A model generated the notes under the pieces. That model ran no database searches. It was not told the DNA's origin and was given only the letters and a program-made list of their open reading frames with translations. The translations under genes were made by a program, and so were the position numbers. From a virus, in IMG/VR virus record IMGVR_UViG_3300026484_000095, positions 32,001 through 96,000 of that record: 64,000 nt of DNA. One strand, written 5' to 3'. Of the stretch, positions 1 through 10,386 are shown piece after piece. Each line of letters opens with the position of its first letter. Position 1 is the first letter of the stretch.

Positions 1-4
1 TTCG

Positions 5-48
5 CTTTAAGGGAAAATTAAGCGATATAATGTTATCATTCTCTATCT
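5..48 (+). promoter_or_regulatory. Early (host sigma70-type) promoter P1
   Basis: CTTTAAGG at 5, second TTAAG at 18, TGnTATCAT -10 at 34; 29-nt spacing identical in 8 copies. Confidence 0.75.
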
Positions 49-63
49 TAAAAAATAAAAGGT

Positions 64-249
64 TTGAAGATGGAAGAAGATATAATCCTATTAGAGGATG
101 GACGAGAGGTTTCAGTTAGTTATAGAAAGTTCAAAAAAGGTGGACTTTATGTAACAATTATATTCCCTGATGGTTCAGTTAAAGAGGACTTGGTATCTTC
201 ATTCGATACATTAGAGAACCTTTTAAACAAAGGATTTTATGATGCTTGA
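64..249 (+). CDS. Early hypothetical protein
   Basis: ORF behind P1 with AAAGG RBS. Confidence 0.6.
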   Translation: MKMEEDIILLEDGREVSVSYRKFKKGGLYVTIIFPDGSVKEDLVSSFDTLENLLNKGFYDA

Positions 250-353
250 TTTAGAGATATACGAAGAGAGCTATGAACTGTTAATGGCTTATAATAGAGG
301 TGAGTTTGAAGAACAAACTCCAGATGAAAATAATAATAATGAGGAGAAAACAA

Positions 354-734
354 ATGACTAATGAAATTATAACAAGAGCTATAAATGACGAGGCAAGTGT
401 AGAAGAGATTGAAAACATAGTTCAATTCTTTCAAGATAAACTAGAAGAGAAAAAAAGTGCCAAAGTAGTGGTGGAAAAGCTACCTCTTGGTATGAGTGCA
501 ATGACAAGCTGGTTAAGTCCAAGATTGAGACCTGCTGTAAGTGTGCAAGACCTTATTGATTCTCTAAACATCATTAAGGATAAATCTCTTATAGTATCGT
601 GGGAGCTAAGAAGTGACGATAGCTCTGATTGGGGAGAGATTGAGACTATAAAAGAAGTTATTGTTCGAGATAGTGATAACGAAGAGGGCTATGATTGTAA
701 TCAAGTAGTGCTAAGTTTAAGTAGCAATGTATAA
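354..734 (+). CDS. Early hypothetical protein
   Basis: ORF 300..734; GAGGAG RBS favours ATG 354. Confidence 0.65.
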   Translation: MTNEIITRAINDEASVEEIENIVQFFQDKLEEKKSAKVVVEKLPLGMSAMTSWLSPRLRPAVSVQDLIDSLNIIKDKSLIVSWELRSDDSSDWGEIETIKEVIVRDSDNEEGYDCNQVVLSLSSNV

Positions 735-735
735 G

Positions 736-758
736 ATAACACCTTCGGGTGTTATTCT
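736..758 (+). terminator. Hairpin with cUUCGg tetraloop directly after stop codon
   Basis: ATAACAC-CTTCGG-GTGTTAT. Confidence 0.6.
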
Positions 759-760
759 AT

Positions 761-843
761 AAGATTAATTTTTAAGGCTCTTAACCCGAACCTTTTTATT
801 TTTGATTACCCATTTAGGGTTAAGGGTCTTAAAAATTAATCTT
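761..843. repeat. 27-bp imperfect inverted repeat upstream of promoter P2
   Basis: AAGATTAATTTTTAAGGCTCTTAACCC (761-787) vs GGGTTAAGGGTCTTAAAAATTAATCTT (817-843). Confidence 0.8.
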
Positions 844-845
844 CT

Positions 846-889
846 CTTTAAGGAATTTCCAAGCTAAAATTAGTTATCATTTCTTATCT
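846..889 (+). promoter_or_regulatory. Early promoter P2
   Basis: CTTTAAGG 846, TATCAT 875, downstream TTATCT. Confidence 0.75.
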
Positions 890-912
890 GAAAATAAAAA
901 GGAATTAAAGTT

Positions 913-1425
913 ATGAGTATTCAACTTCAAACAATCGCAAAGTTTATCAAAGACGCAAGAGGAGCAGTCTTAGCTGACATAGAAGCTATAAGAGAGTTCG
1001 CTAGTCATAGGGGTTTTACTAATGAAATTCATTTAGACCTTAATCGCAAATTGGAAGAGGTGCTAAATAGCGAGTATAAAATGTACCCTGCTTTTAAATT
1101 GAACAAGGTAAAGTTCAATGAGAAACCCGAAGAAGCTGTCCTAAGACTTATACAAGATACAGATAAAGAAGTAGCAAGAGAGTTGAAATGGCACTTGGAG
1201 CTGTTAAAAGATAACAAAGTAAAAGTTAAACAGTTCTCAACTATCTATATGATTATTAGTTTTATCAATCGTGAGCTAGGTGGAACTATCCCTCTATTCT
1301 CTTCAAGTGATACAGAGAATACAAAAGAACGAGAGTGTATAAAAACATTCGCCAACGGTAAGAAAATCTATCAGCTGAAAGAGGCTGAATACAACCTTCT
1401 AAAATCCCTCATTAAAAAAGCATAA
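913..1425 (+). CDS. Early hypothetical protein
   Basis: 170-aa ORF, AAAAGGA RBS, followed by terminator. Confidence 0.75.
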   Translation: MSIQLQTIAKFIKDARGAVLADIEAIREFASHRGFTNEIHLDLNRKLEEVLNSEYKMYPAFKLNKVKFNEKPEEAVLRLIQDTDKEVARELKWHLELLKDNKVKVKQFSTIYMIISFINRELGGTIPLFSSSDTENTKERECIKTFANGKKIYQLKEAEYNLLKSLIKKA

Positions 1426-1445
1426 TCCAAACTTTCCCTCTTCAG

Positions 1446-1483
1446 GCTATATATCAATTTATGGTATATAGCTTTTTTTTTTT
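1446..1483 (+). terminator. Rho-independent terminator
   Basis: GCTATATATC...GGTATATAGC stem plus long T run. Confidence 0.7.
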
Positions 1484-1505
1484 CTCCAAAATCATCATTT
1501 ACTTC

Positions 1506-1637
1506 GCTTATATGAGCTTTTATATATTATCTAAGGGTTTATATCAAATAAGGATAAAAAGCCCTTATAAGCTAAATATAGAGTTATTTTCTTTTTAAGG
1601 AAATTTTAATAAAAGTTTAGTTATCATTTCTTATCAA
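1506..1637 (+). repeat. ~130-bp upstream module copy A (inverted-repeat arms + promoter P3)
   Basis: Aligns with 2844-2975; TTTAAGG ending 1600, TATCAT 1622. Confidence 0.8.
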
Positions 1638-1657
1638 ATTAATAAAAAGGTTTAAAG

Positions 1658-1831
1658 ATGGCTTCATATAAAACAAAATGTATATACTGTGAAAGCAGGA
1701 ATGTAAGCGAGACGAGAGGAGCAGAAGATGATGTCTATGAAACAATAACAATCCACTGCAATAATTGTGGAGAGAGTTATAAATTGTTATATGATAATAA
1801 CAATGATGGTTATGAAATGGTGGAGGACTAA
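1658..1831 (+). CDS. Small zinc-ribbon protein (57 aa, below ORF-track cutoff)
   Basis: MASYKTKCIYC...HCNNCG; AAAAGG RBS directly after P3. Confidence 0.7.
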   Translation: MASYKTKCIYCESRNVSETRGAEDDVYETITIHCNNCGESYKLLYDNNNDGYEMVED

Positions 1832-1835
1832 TCTG

Positions 1836-2800
1836 ATGCAAATGTATAGAATATATGGAAGAGATAAAGGCTCAAAGCAGAGATTTAAACCTCTTGGTTC
1901 TCAGGGTGGTGACTTATGTTTCGTAGTGAATCTGATATATGCTTTGAATTGGGACGATAAAGATATAGTCGAAGCTAAGTGTAAAGAGTTAAATGATATG
2001 AACGAGACTCTTGAATTTGAAGTAAGAAAGGTAAAATAAGATGGGTTGTAGAGTAACTACAAAAGGGGTGGAAGCTAGGGCTTCTGCTTACCTTTACAAA
2101 TTAGTTGGTAGAAGATTTACTAAAAAGAGTTTCGTAAAAGAGCTTATGGAGACTTTCCCTCGTATGAATAAGTTTAAGCTACATAAAGAGAAAGAGGGTA
2201 AACTTAAAGACCAAGATGATAGTTTTTTATTCACTTTAAAGAGTCCTGAATTGTTTGTTGATGTAACTATATGGTATCTAAAAACAAATGATAAAAAAAC
2301 TTTCTATATTACTGAGGTGGCTACAAGTTATGAATAAAGTTATATTTTTTGTGTATAATAACACGGGCTATCGCTGTAACAATCTAAAAGGCTCTATAAC
2401 TTATAATTGTTATGATGAGTCCTATGTAGTTTTAGATAGACTGAAAAGACCAAAGGGTAGGGTGTTCCAAATCAAAGATGAAGAGGAACTTAAAAGTGAG
2501 TTAGGACTTATGTTCCCAAGTTGCACTAGATTATTTTTAACAAGAAAAGAGATAAAGGATTAAAAGATGGATAGCACGAAAGAAACTGCAAAAGGCTATA
2601 TGATTATTGAAGAAGAGTTCCACGAGAGAATACTTCCTGCACTGTATGGTAGAGAGCATACAGAGATAGAACCACATATCAAAGTTGAAATGTTTTACAA
2701 GTATCTTAAACACTTAGAAGCAGATGGTATCATTAGTACCTATTATGTAACGGTTTATGATATAAATTATCTAAAATCCATTTTTGATATAGGTAAGTAG
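1836..2800 (+). CDS. Run of four small early hypothetical genes (1836-2039, 2041-2337, ~2330-2563, 2567-2800)
   Basis: Tightly packed + strand ORFs with RBSs; no recognisable motifs. Confidence 0.6.
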
Positions 2801-2843
2801 GGGGGGTAATTCCCCACTTATCGTGTTTAGAGGGTATATAAAG

Positions 2844-2975
2844 GCTTATAAGAGCTTTTATCTATTTTCTAAGGGTTTTATATGAGTAGAGCTTAAAAGC
2901 TCATATAAACAAAGTATAGGGCTATTTTTCCTTTAAGGGATTTTTAAGTATTATTTAGCTATCATTTCTTATCTA
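2844..2975 (+). repeat. ~130-bp upstream module copy B (inverted-repeat arms + promoter P4)
   Basis: GCTTATAAGAGCTTTTA...TAAAAGCTCATATAAAC; CTTTAAGG 2931, TATCAT 2960. Confidence 0.8.
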
Positions 2976-3058
2976 AAAAGTTAAATCAATTTCGTAAATT
3001 GCTAAGAACTGCTAAGTGTTGGTTTCTCTTTAAGGTAAATTATTTCAAAGGAACTGTA

Positions 3059-3499
3059 ATGGCTAAAAAGAAAAATTATGCCTTAGTCGGTAAGACTGAA
3101 GACACAATCTTTTATAAAGAGTATCGAACTCCTACAAAAGATTTCATAATGAGAGGAACAGCTACCATTAGCTTATGGGGTGGTGGCACTGGTTCTATTG
3201 AAATGGATACCGTAGAGTTCCAAGCTGATGAGCTAACCAAAGCTGTTATATATGCTAATCTTAATGATGGACAGTTTGGCTGTGAAGATATAAATAGTGC
3301 AAATGTTACCATAGAGCAAAAGATAGCAGTTAATAGAGTTCATATAGACCCTAAGACACTAACAACAGTCAAGTCGGTTGATGTAGAACAATACGAAGAG
3401 GTTGTTTGCGATTTGTATGTATCTCATAAAGACTTTGATGAAGCTATTGGTCACCCTTGTAGAAGATTAAAAGGTGCTGTTTATAATAGCAGAAGTTAG
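3059..3499 (+). CDS. Early hypothetical protein
   Basis: AAAGGA RBS favours ATG 3059. Confidence 0.7.
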   Translation: MAKKKNYALVGKTEDTIFYKEYRTPTKDFIMRGTATISLWGGGTGSIEMDTVEFQADELTKAVIYANLNDGQFGCEDINSANVTIEQKIAVNRVHIDPKTLTTVKSVDVEQYEEVVCDLYVSHKDFDEAIGHPCRRLKGAVYNSRS

Positions 3500-3596
3500 T
3501 TGAAATATAGTTGATAGTTGGCTCATATCTCTTAAATACGAGCTGATTATCTAAAATAGGTATAAGAGTATCAAGTCAAAGAGAAAAGGGCTTAAA

Positions 3597-4201
3597 ATGG
3601 ATATATCAAATGAGTTATCAATAGAAAGACTAGAAGAGTTGGCTTTCAAAGTCTTACTACAGCTTAATAAAGCATATAGTTTTCAATATAGAGAACAACT
3701 TAATGAAGCAGTCAAGCGAGGTAAGAGTAGTATCACGGTTAATTATCAAGGCACACCTACAATCTTATTCTTTGATAGTAAAGGGCAGGTTATCAATGTA
3801 GTTAAAAACCTAAAGGTTAAGAGATGAATATAACTATCCAAGAGTTCATAGAACTGGATTGGGATTATTGGGGGAGTAAGTATCAAGAGAATGACTATCT
3901 TGCTGATTTAGAGTTCCAAGATAAGTATAATAAGATACTACGAGCACCTGATTTAGAGTTCGTATGCAGTTGTATAAGCCCAACCTCTGCTTCCTTTTTG
4001 CATAAGGTGTTAGATAATATGGTAGAGATTGAAGCTGACGAACAGACTATAACCTCTCTTAGAATCAAAGGTTGGAGTGAATTGGGTATAACTGGTTATA
4101 GTTCATCTATTCATAAAAGCACAGTAGATGGACGAGAGTATTTGGTATATATCAATAGTGCAATAGAGTATATATACTCTATTAATCAGCTTTTTAGTTA
4201 A
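3597..4201 (+). CDS. Two early hypothetical genes (3597-3827, 3824-4201)
   Basis: Coupled ORFs with ATGA overlap. Confidence 0.6.
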
Positions 4202-4240
4202 GAAATTTTTAAGCGAAAGAGTAGTAAGATTCTTTATCTA
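4196..4240 (+). promoter_or_regulatory. Early promoter P5 (variant)
   Basis: AGTTAAGA 4196, TTAAG, TAAGAT 4225, TTATCT; same spacing. Confidence 0.55.
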
Positions 4241-4275
4241 TTAAGATATAAGAAAATTTATTAAAAGGTGTTAAA

Positions 4276-5755
4276 ATGGTAGATGCAAATAAAGAACTTA
4301 AAATCTATTTGATTATTACAAATAGAAAAACTGAGAAAAGAAAAATCTTGGAAGTAACTGAGTATAGTTATAGAGATTTTGAAAAGACTATTAAATGTTA
4401 TGAGGATACTTGTGATATTATAGTAAAAAGAAGAGCAGGAGATAACTTTGAAATTTCAGAAACATAAAAGAGCTACGGTTATAGGTGCTAAATTCACATT
4501 AGCACCTTATATAACTAAGGAAACCAATTTGGATAAAGATAAGTTAGTAGCTGAAAGGTTATTAAATGCTTTGGCAGACGGTATTATAAAACAGTTGGAC
4601 TGTATATCTAAATCTAATTGTCCTAATGAAACAGATGGAACTGAAAGCTATGAGATAGAAGTTATGGTTGCTAACTTATCTGCTTACAAAGATACAATCG
4701 CTAGGGTTAAGGCAACTCTAAATGAAGCAAATGTTAATCCAAAAGTTACAGACTTAATCTTAAAGCTATTATTGGATTTACCACAAGGGTAGGAGTGAAC
4801 TTATGGAAAAGTATAGAATTAGAGAGGAATACAGACCGATAGATGGAGTTCCTTTTTATATAGCCCAAAGACGAGTTCTAATCTTCTTTTGGACTGATTG
4901 GTTTCAATGTAAAAATGGTTCAAGCCAAACTTATTCTAGCACAGATAAAAGCATAGTAAAGAAGTTCCTACGGGATATTGAAGCTAAGGGGGTGTTAAAA
5001 TGTTAAATGATATAAGAGTGCTTAAATATGAACTCTATCTTAGAGAGCTATTTGAAGAGCTTAAAGAGAAAAAAGTTAAAATAGGTAATCTGCCTTATAT
5101 GAGCAAAGAAAAGCAGAATTTGGTGCATTTACTTGAGTTTAATGGGTATATAGTTAGATATAAAAATGTCTTTATAGTTAAAGATAGAATGTTGCGAATG
5201 GGAGTATTAGAACTAGCAAATAGTTTTGAAGACTATGAGAAGCTTGAAATAGTTGAATCCTTTAAAGCTAAATACTTAGGCAGAGTTATAAAAGGACTTG
5301 TATTAGATGGGAATAGTTACCCTACTATGAGAATCATCAATATAAGTGATGAGTTATTATTTACCTTATACAATCCTATATTAGGAGTAAAAATAAAAAT
5401 GGATTATAAGGAGTTCTTAAATGAGTGATATAACCTTATTCTTGTTATTAGCCACTATATATTTGGTTTATATATCAACTCTTGCTTATATCTACCGAAA
5501 ATCTGAAAAAAAGGCAAATGATGTTCGTGATAGTGAGGATAACTTATGGAAGTAGAATATCCTTTTAGAGAAGTTAAGATTATACTATTTTCCACATATC
5601 TATTAACTTCTCTATTAATGTTACTTAGCTTAATGAACTTAGTCTCATTGAGAGTTGTATTAAGTGTATTAGTTAGTGGTTGGTTAATAACAACTATCAT
5701 CTTTATCTTAGATTGTTTAGTATATCTATACAATAAGATAATAAAGCCTAACTAA
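4276..5755 (+). CDS. Run of small early hypothetical genes, including two small membrane proteins (5421-5555, 5546-5755)
   Basis: Overlapping + strand ORFs; hydrophobic stretches in the last two. Confidence 0.55.
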
Positions 5756-5766
5756 AAGGTGTAGTT

Positions 5767-6105
5767 ATGAAGTGTAACGGTCGCAATATAGCAAAGGTAG
5801 GTAATTCTATTGTAAAAACAAATGAATATAGATGCACTGAATACTGTCCTAATTGTCCTTTCCTTGATGATGGAAAAGCAATCCAACTTAAAGAGGGTAG
5901 AGTAGATGAAATAAAAGCTATGCTACTAGAAAGTGACCAAAACAGTTTCAGTTGTCATAAGACTGTATATAATCTTGATAACAATATGAAAAGCACCGAA
6001 GAGCAACCCGTTAAGATGTGTTTCGGGGCTTATGAGTTCTTAAAGAAAAAGAAAAGACCTAATCTAATGATGAGGTTAGCAATAGCAATGAGTATAGATA
6101 CCTAG
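5767..6105 (+). CDS. Cys-rich phage hypothetical protein
   Basis: CPNCPF...FSCHK...MCFGA metal-binding pattern. Confidence 0.65.
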   Translation: MKCNGRNIAKVGNSIVKTNEYRCTEYCPNCPFLDDGKAIQLKEGRVDEIKAMLLESDQNSFSCHKTVYNLDNNMKSTEEQPVKMCFGAYEFLKKKKRPNLMMRLAIAMSIDT

Positions 6106-6114
6106 GGAGATAAA

Positions 6115-6510
6115 ATGTATTTAATTGTAAAAATAGATAGAGATACTATGAGAGTGCTGGATAAATGTCCTACTAAGGGAGCTGTAATTAGCCATTTTGA
6201 GAACAACGAGACAAACTCTTGTTCAGATAATAAAAATAAGCTTGTTATAAAAGCGGAAAGTATAGACAACTTTGTTAAGTTTAATTCTGAGCCTAGAACC
6301 AATGATATAGAGTTAAATCTAACTATGTCTAAAATTAGAGATAGGCTATTGCTGAGAAATCTTTATGTAGAGGTAGAAACAAACACTCAGAAAAATGTTT
6401 CAATAGTTAGGGTATATGCTAAGGGTCAGACCTCTTATATAAGAAGAATAGAGCGAGACACTTTAACAGAGTGCTTTGATGAGGTTCAAAGACTATATTT
6501 AAGAGGGTAG
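6115..6510 (+). CDS. Hypothetical protein
   Basis: GGGAG RBS, 131 aa. Confidence 0.65.
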   Translation: MYLIVKIDRDTMRVLDKCPTKGAVISHFENNETNSCSDNKNKLVIKAESIDNFVKFNSEPRTNDIELNLTMSKIRDRLLLRNLYVEVETNTQKNVSIVRVYAKGQTSYIRRIERDTLTECFDEVQRLYLRG

Positions 6511-6513
6511 ATT

Positions 6514-6813
6514 ATGGGAATGTTTGATTACACTTATTTCAAGTGTCCTAAATGTAAAGAGATTGTAGAAGAGCAGAGCAAGGCAGGTGACTGTTCTTTA
6601 AATAGATATTTCTTTGGAGATATAGCTTATGAACTTCCTATCTTTAAAGATGAGTTCGGAGAGTTAGAAGGGGTAATACCTGTTCCTATTGAGATTGTAG
6701 CAGAAGCAAGTAAATACGGGTTAGAGTGTTCTCATTGTGGGCATAAAACAAAACCCGTTATCACATCAAGTTATATCTTAGTACCTTTTGGAGAAGATGA
6801 TGAGCGATACTAA
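6514..6813 (+). CDS. Zinc-ribbon phage protein (MGMFD-type N-terminus)
   Basis: MGMFDY...CPKC...EQSK; CSHC. Confidence 0.65.
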   Translation: MGMFDYTYFKCPKCKEIVEEQSKAGDCSLNRYFFGDIAYELPIFKDEFGELEGVIPVPIEIVAEASKYGLECSHCGHKTKPVITSSYILVPFGEDDERY

Positions 6814-7711
6814 TACAAACAATGAAGCAGAGGTTAGCGAAGTTGAGTTAAGAGACGATATAGAGGATTTAGTGCTTGTTGTAGAACACGAAAGATTTGT
6901 AGAAAGCAGAGGGCAATACTTCTGTGTAGCTAAGAGCTGTAACGGTTGTCCTTATGTGGAGTTCTGTGAAACAGAGGAAGATGAACTGGAAATAAATCTA
7001 ATCCCTGCTACAAGAAGAAGTATAGGAACTGCTGATATAACTGAGGGTGTCTTTGTGGATAGTATTCCAATAGAACAAGTGAAAGGCAACTCCAAGCAAA
7101 ATAATCGTTGGGAAAATGAGACTGGCTATCTATCAAGAAGAGATGTTAAAATCTATAAGAAAATCTTAGAGCTACCTGGGGATTATGAAAGAGGGGAAAT
7201 CCCTTATATACTGTTTGATGAAGATGAAGCTAGTTATTATTGTATTAAACAGACTTGTGATGATTGTCCTTTTGATAAGAATGGCTGTAAGGTAGAACTG
7301 CAATATGCTAAAAATGTAATGAAAGTGGTAGCAACCGATGTTAAATCTCAAGAGCCAAGAGCCTTTACCCTATTATCAAGAGAGCCAAACTGGGTATCAG
7401 TGTTTGTTAATGATGGGTTACGAGAGATAAAGGGTCTATTGAGATATATCGACTTAGTCTTTAAAGAAGAGTTCAGAATAAACATTAAAACAGACCAACA
7501 TTATTTCGCTTACTTAGATAATAGATTTTTCTTTGATAAAACAGTTCTATATGAGTTCAACTATTTATGTGAAGCTCATAGAAGAGGTCATAATGTAACT
7601 AAGGCTCTTAAAAAGCAGATAGAGATATTTAGAAAGGACTATGATAAGTTTCTTGAAGAAGTTAAATCGGGTGAAGTTAAACTAAAAAACATTCCAAAAT
7701 TAACATTATGA
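6788..7711 (+). CDS. Hypothetical protein with two four-Cys clusters
   Basis: YFCVAKSCNGCPYVEFC and YYCIKQTCDDCPFDKNGC. Confidence 0.7.
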   Translation: MEKMMSDTNTNNEAEVSEVELRDDIEDLVLVVEHERFVESRGQYFCVAKSCNGCPYVEFCETEEDELEINLIPATRRSIGTADITEGVFVDSIPIEQVKGNSKQNNRWENETGYLSRRDVKIYKKILELPGDYERGEIPYILFDEDEASYYCIKQTCDDCPFDKNGCKVELQYAKNVMKVVATDVKSQEPRAFTLLSREPNWVSVFVNDGLREIKGLLRYIDLVFKEEFRINIKTDQHYFAYLDNRFFFDKTVLYEFNYLCEAHRRGHNVTKALKKQIEIFRKDYDKFLEEVKSGEVKLKNIPKLTL

Positions 7712-7717
7712 TTTTAG

Positions 7718-7762
7718 AATTAAGGTAAAATTAATTAAAATTTAGCTATAATTTCTTATCTT
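7718..7762 (+). promoter_or_regulatory. Early promoter P6
   Basis: AATTAAGG 7718, TATAAT 7747. Confidence 0.75.
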
Positions 7763-7783
7763 AAATAAATAAAAAGGTTTAAA

Positions 7784-8881
7784 ATGGAAGTTCAAAAACA
7801 AACTATTTCTAAAAATATAATGGTTATAGCAGATGGTATAAGAGAGTGTCTAGAGCAATCTGACTTGGAGTGTTATTTAGAGGGAGTAAGATTAGACCTC
7901 CCTGCTATCTTATCTAAATTAACAAACAAATATTTATCATTTTATGATGATGAAATTAAGTTTGACCTGCTAATGGAAATGTTTCTAAATGTGTATAAAA
8001 TCAGACTAGAGTGGATAATCGCTAATTATGATGATAATTATAGCTTATACACTTATCTATATACAATTATGAAAAATGAGATTATTGAGTTAAGCAAGAA
8101 GACCTTAAACAAGTTTAAAAAGCAAGTTGATTTAAAACCTACAATGGATAGTGATAATGATATGTCACCTGAGGAGGCTATGAGTAGAGCAGTATTTCAG
8201 TTCCAAAGAAGCAAAGGTGTACCTCGTAGTGCTTCACAAGATGAACTGGATGAGCTTAATAGTCTTATAAGTGATTATGAGCAACTGAAACAGAGGATAT
8301 TGTATGAAGAGCTTGTTGTGGACGATATGCAAAAATCCCTCGACAAGATTGATAAAAAGATAGAGAAGTTTAAAACAGATAAGCTGAAACTAGATGGGTT
8401 TTTCAGAGAGAAATATGTAGATGTATCTGAACTGTCGCAAGATGTTGATGATAAGGCAGAACCTATTGAAGATGATTTCATTATAGAGAGATTAAAGGCT
8501 AAGTTAATAGCTAAAACAACTATGTATCACAACAAGCCACATCACCCGTGGGACTCAGATAGAATAAAAATAGTAGATTTATTGTTAAATAGCTTTAATC
8601 TGACTGAGTGTGCTATATTCTTTGAAGTATCGCCTGTATCAACTAACAAGTGGGTTAAACAGATAAAAGAAGCTTTATTTGAGTTAGCAGACGAGATGGA
8701 GTTTGAAGAGGACGATAACAGCCTAGTAGAGCTTTTAAATCAATGGTTAGATGACCTAGAAGCAGAGGATAGAATAAATAAAGGGCAACCTGATGGGTGT
8801 CCAACAGTAAAAGATAAGGTGGAACTGTATAGACAAATAGTTAAGCTATTTGGTGCAGATTTTATGCAATTTGAAAAATAA
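7784..8881 (+). CDS. Putative phage RNA polymerase sigma factor (sigma70/ECF-like)
   Basis: Region 2-like SLYTYLYTIMKNEIIELSKK and region 4-like HTH (FNLTECAIFFEVSPVSTNKWVKQIKEAL), separated by a long coiled linker. Confidence 0.55.
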   Translation: MEVQKQTISKNIMVIADGIRECLEQSDLECYLEGVRLDLPAILSKLTNKYLSFYDDEIKFDLLMEMFLNVYKIRLEWIIANYDDNYSLYTYLYTIMKNEIIELSKKTLNKFKKQVDLKPTMDSDNDMSPEEAMSRAVFQFQRSKGVPRSASQDELDELNSLISDYEQLKQRILYEELVVDDMQKSLDKIDKKIEKFKTDKLKLDGFFREKYVDVSELSQDVDDKAEPIEDDFIIERLKAKLIAKTTMYHNKPHHPWDSDRIKIVDLLLNSFNLTECAIFFEVSPVSTNKWVKQIKEALFELADEMEFEEDDNSLVELLNQWLDDLEAEDRINKGQPDGCPTVKDKVELYRQIVKLFGADFMQFEK

Positions 8882-8898
8882 AACCTAAGGGAGTTACA

Positions 8899-9396
8899 AT
8901 GTCAGAACCTAGTAAAGCTACCTTAGTAATCAATCACATAAACGAAACAATCCCCATTGAAGATGTCTTAGAGAAAGAGTGCGACATAGAAGTCAAGTCT
9001 TTCCCTACTCAGATATTTTGCCCTTTTCACGACGATATTGAAGAGCCATCTGCAAGGGTGTATGGTGGTAAGAAAGGTATGTACTGCTTCGGGTGTGGTA
9101 GGACTTATCTACCTTTCGATTTCAGAAGATTTCAAAATATGGGGGTAGGTGAAGCTATTAACTATTTCAAAGAGATGTATAATGTAAATATACCTGAAAA
9201 TAGTGATGAGTTGGTAGATGGTTCATATAAATTAAACAAGCAAATAAGCCATCAAATAGGGCTTTTTAGGTCAAAGGGTGGGGAAGTATCTATAAAGGCT
9301 TTAAAGAGCTTAGAGAGGGGTTTACTAAGCTCTTATCGTATGGATAGGGTATCAGGTGGGCTTAAAAAGTTCATCAAAAACAATACAAGCTATTAA
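8899..9396 (+). CDS. Stand-alone DnaG-type CHC2 zinc-binding domain (primase N-terminal part)
   Basis: CPFHDD..PS...YCFGCG; no TOPRIM domain. Confidence 0.8.
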   Translation: MSEPSKATLVINHINETIPIEDVLEKECDIEVKSFPTQIFCPFHDDIEEPSARVYGGKKGMYCFGCGRTYLPFDFRRFQNMGVGEAINYFKEMYNVNIPENSDELVDGSYKLNKQISHQIGLFRSKGGEVSIKALKSLERGLLSSYRMDRVSGGLKKFIKNNTSY

Positions 9397-9402
9397 TTTT
9401 CT

Positions 9403-9448
9403 CTTTAAGGTAAAGTTAAGCTGTTTTTAGCTATCATTTCGGTATCTT
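9403..9448 (+). promoter_or_regulatory. Early promoter P7
   Basis: CTTTAAGG 9403, TTAAG 9416, TATCAT 9432. Confidence 0.75.
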
Positions 9449-9465
9449 AAAAAGAGAGGTTAAAA

Positions 9466-10386
9466 ATGCAAGTAGAAAAATTTTCAATCCATAAAATAGC
9501 AACCAAGAAAGATGAAGAAGCTATAAGCAATATCAGAACCAAGTTGTTCGGTATAGCAGGTGTATTAGATACATTCCTATCCGACGGGAAGCTGGTTATC
9601 CTAAAAAATGGGGATAGACTAGCTGATAAAGAGTTAGTAGGTTATCTAAAAACTAGATTTAATTTAATTGAATACAATTTCGATTGTTACACTTATTAAG
9701 GTTTAACCTTATGTCTAGTAATTATGATGACCATAAAATAGTAAAAGTGCTTAATCATTTTATTGAGCACGAAGCCAACAAATATAAGAGTATAGGTCGT
9801 ATTTTTATAGAAAATGGTAAAATACACTTAGAAAAAAGAGAGAAAGCACATTGTGGGTATATCCCTACTATGTGTAAAGTTCCTATAAGTTCTTATAAGT
9901 CTATGTATAGACGGTATATTAGAGGAATGAAAAGAGACGATAGATTAACGATAGGGAGTTTAAAATGTTAGAATGTAAAATAGAATTGACTGGTGTAACA
10001 ACAGAAGAACTTATCTATGCTTTAGATGAAGCCAAAAGACTTATAGAAGCAGGGAACATATCAGGAGCAGACTCAAGAGAAGATGAAACTGGTTCTTATT
10101 CATTTGAAGTAGATGGAGAAGAGAGTAACTCAATAGAGTGTAGCTGTAATCATACAAATTACTATGAAGATGGTGAAGTCCAAATTACTTGTAGTGATTG
10201 TCAAGCAACTATAACAGTTTTATAAAGGATAAAATTATGTATATGATAGTAGATGACAAAGGTGTTATTTATAGTGGTTCATTAGAGGAGATGCAAGAGC
10301 AGTTTGCTAAGATGACTTCAAGTAAAAGTGAAGATAGTTGGACTGGGGATTTAAGATTAATCGAGGTCTTAGAAGTATATAGATAA
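9466..10386 (+). CDS. Four small hypothetical genes (9466-9699, ~9710-9971, 9965-10225, ~10237-10386)
   Basis: Packed ORFs after P7; 9965-10225 carries CxC...CxxC. Confidence 0.55.
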
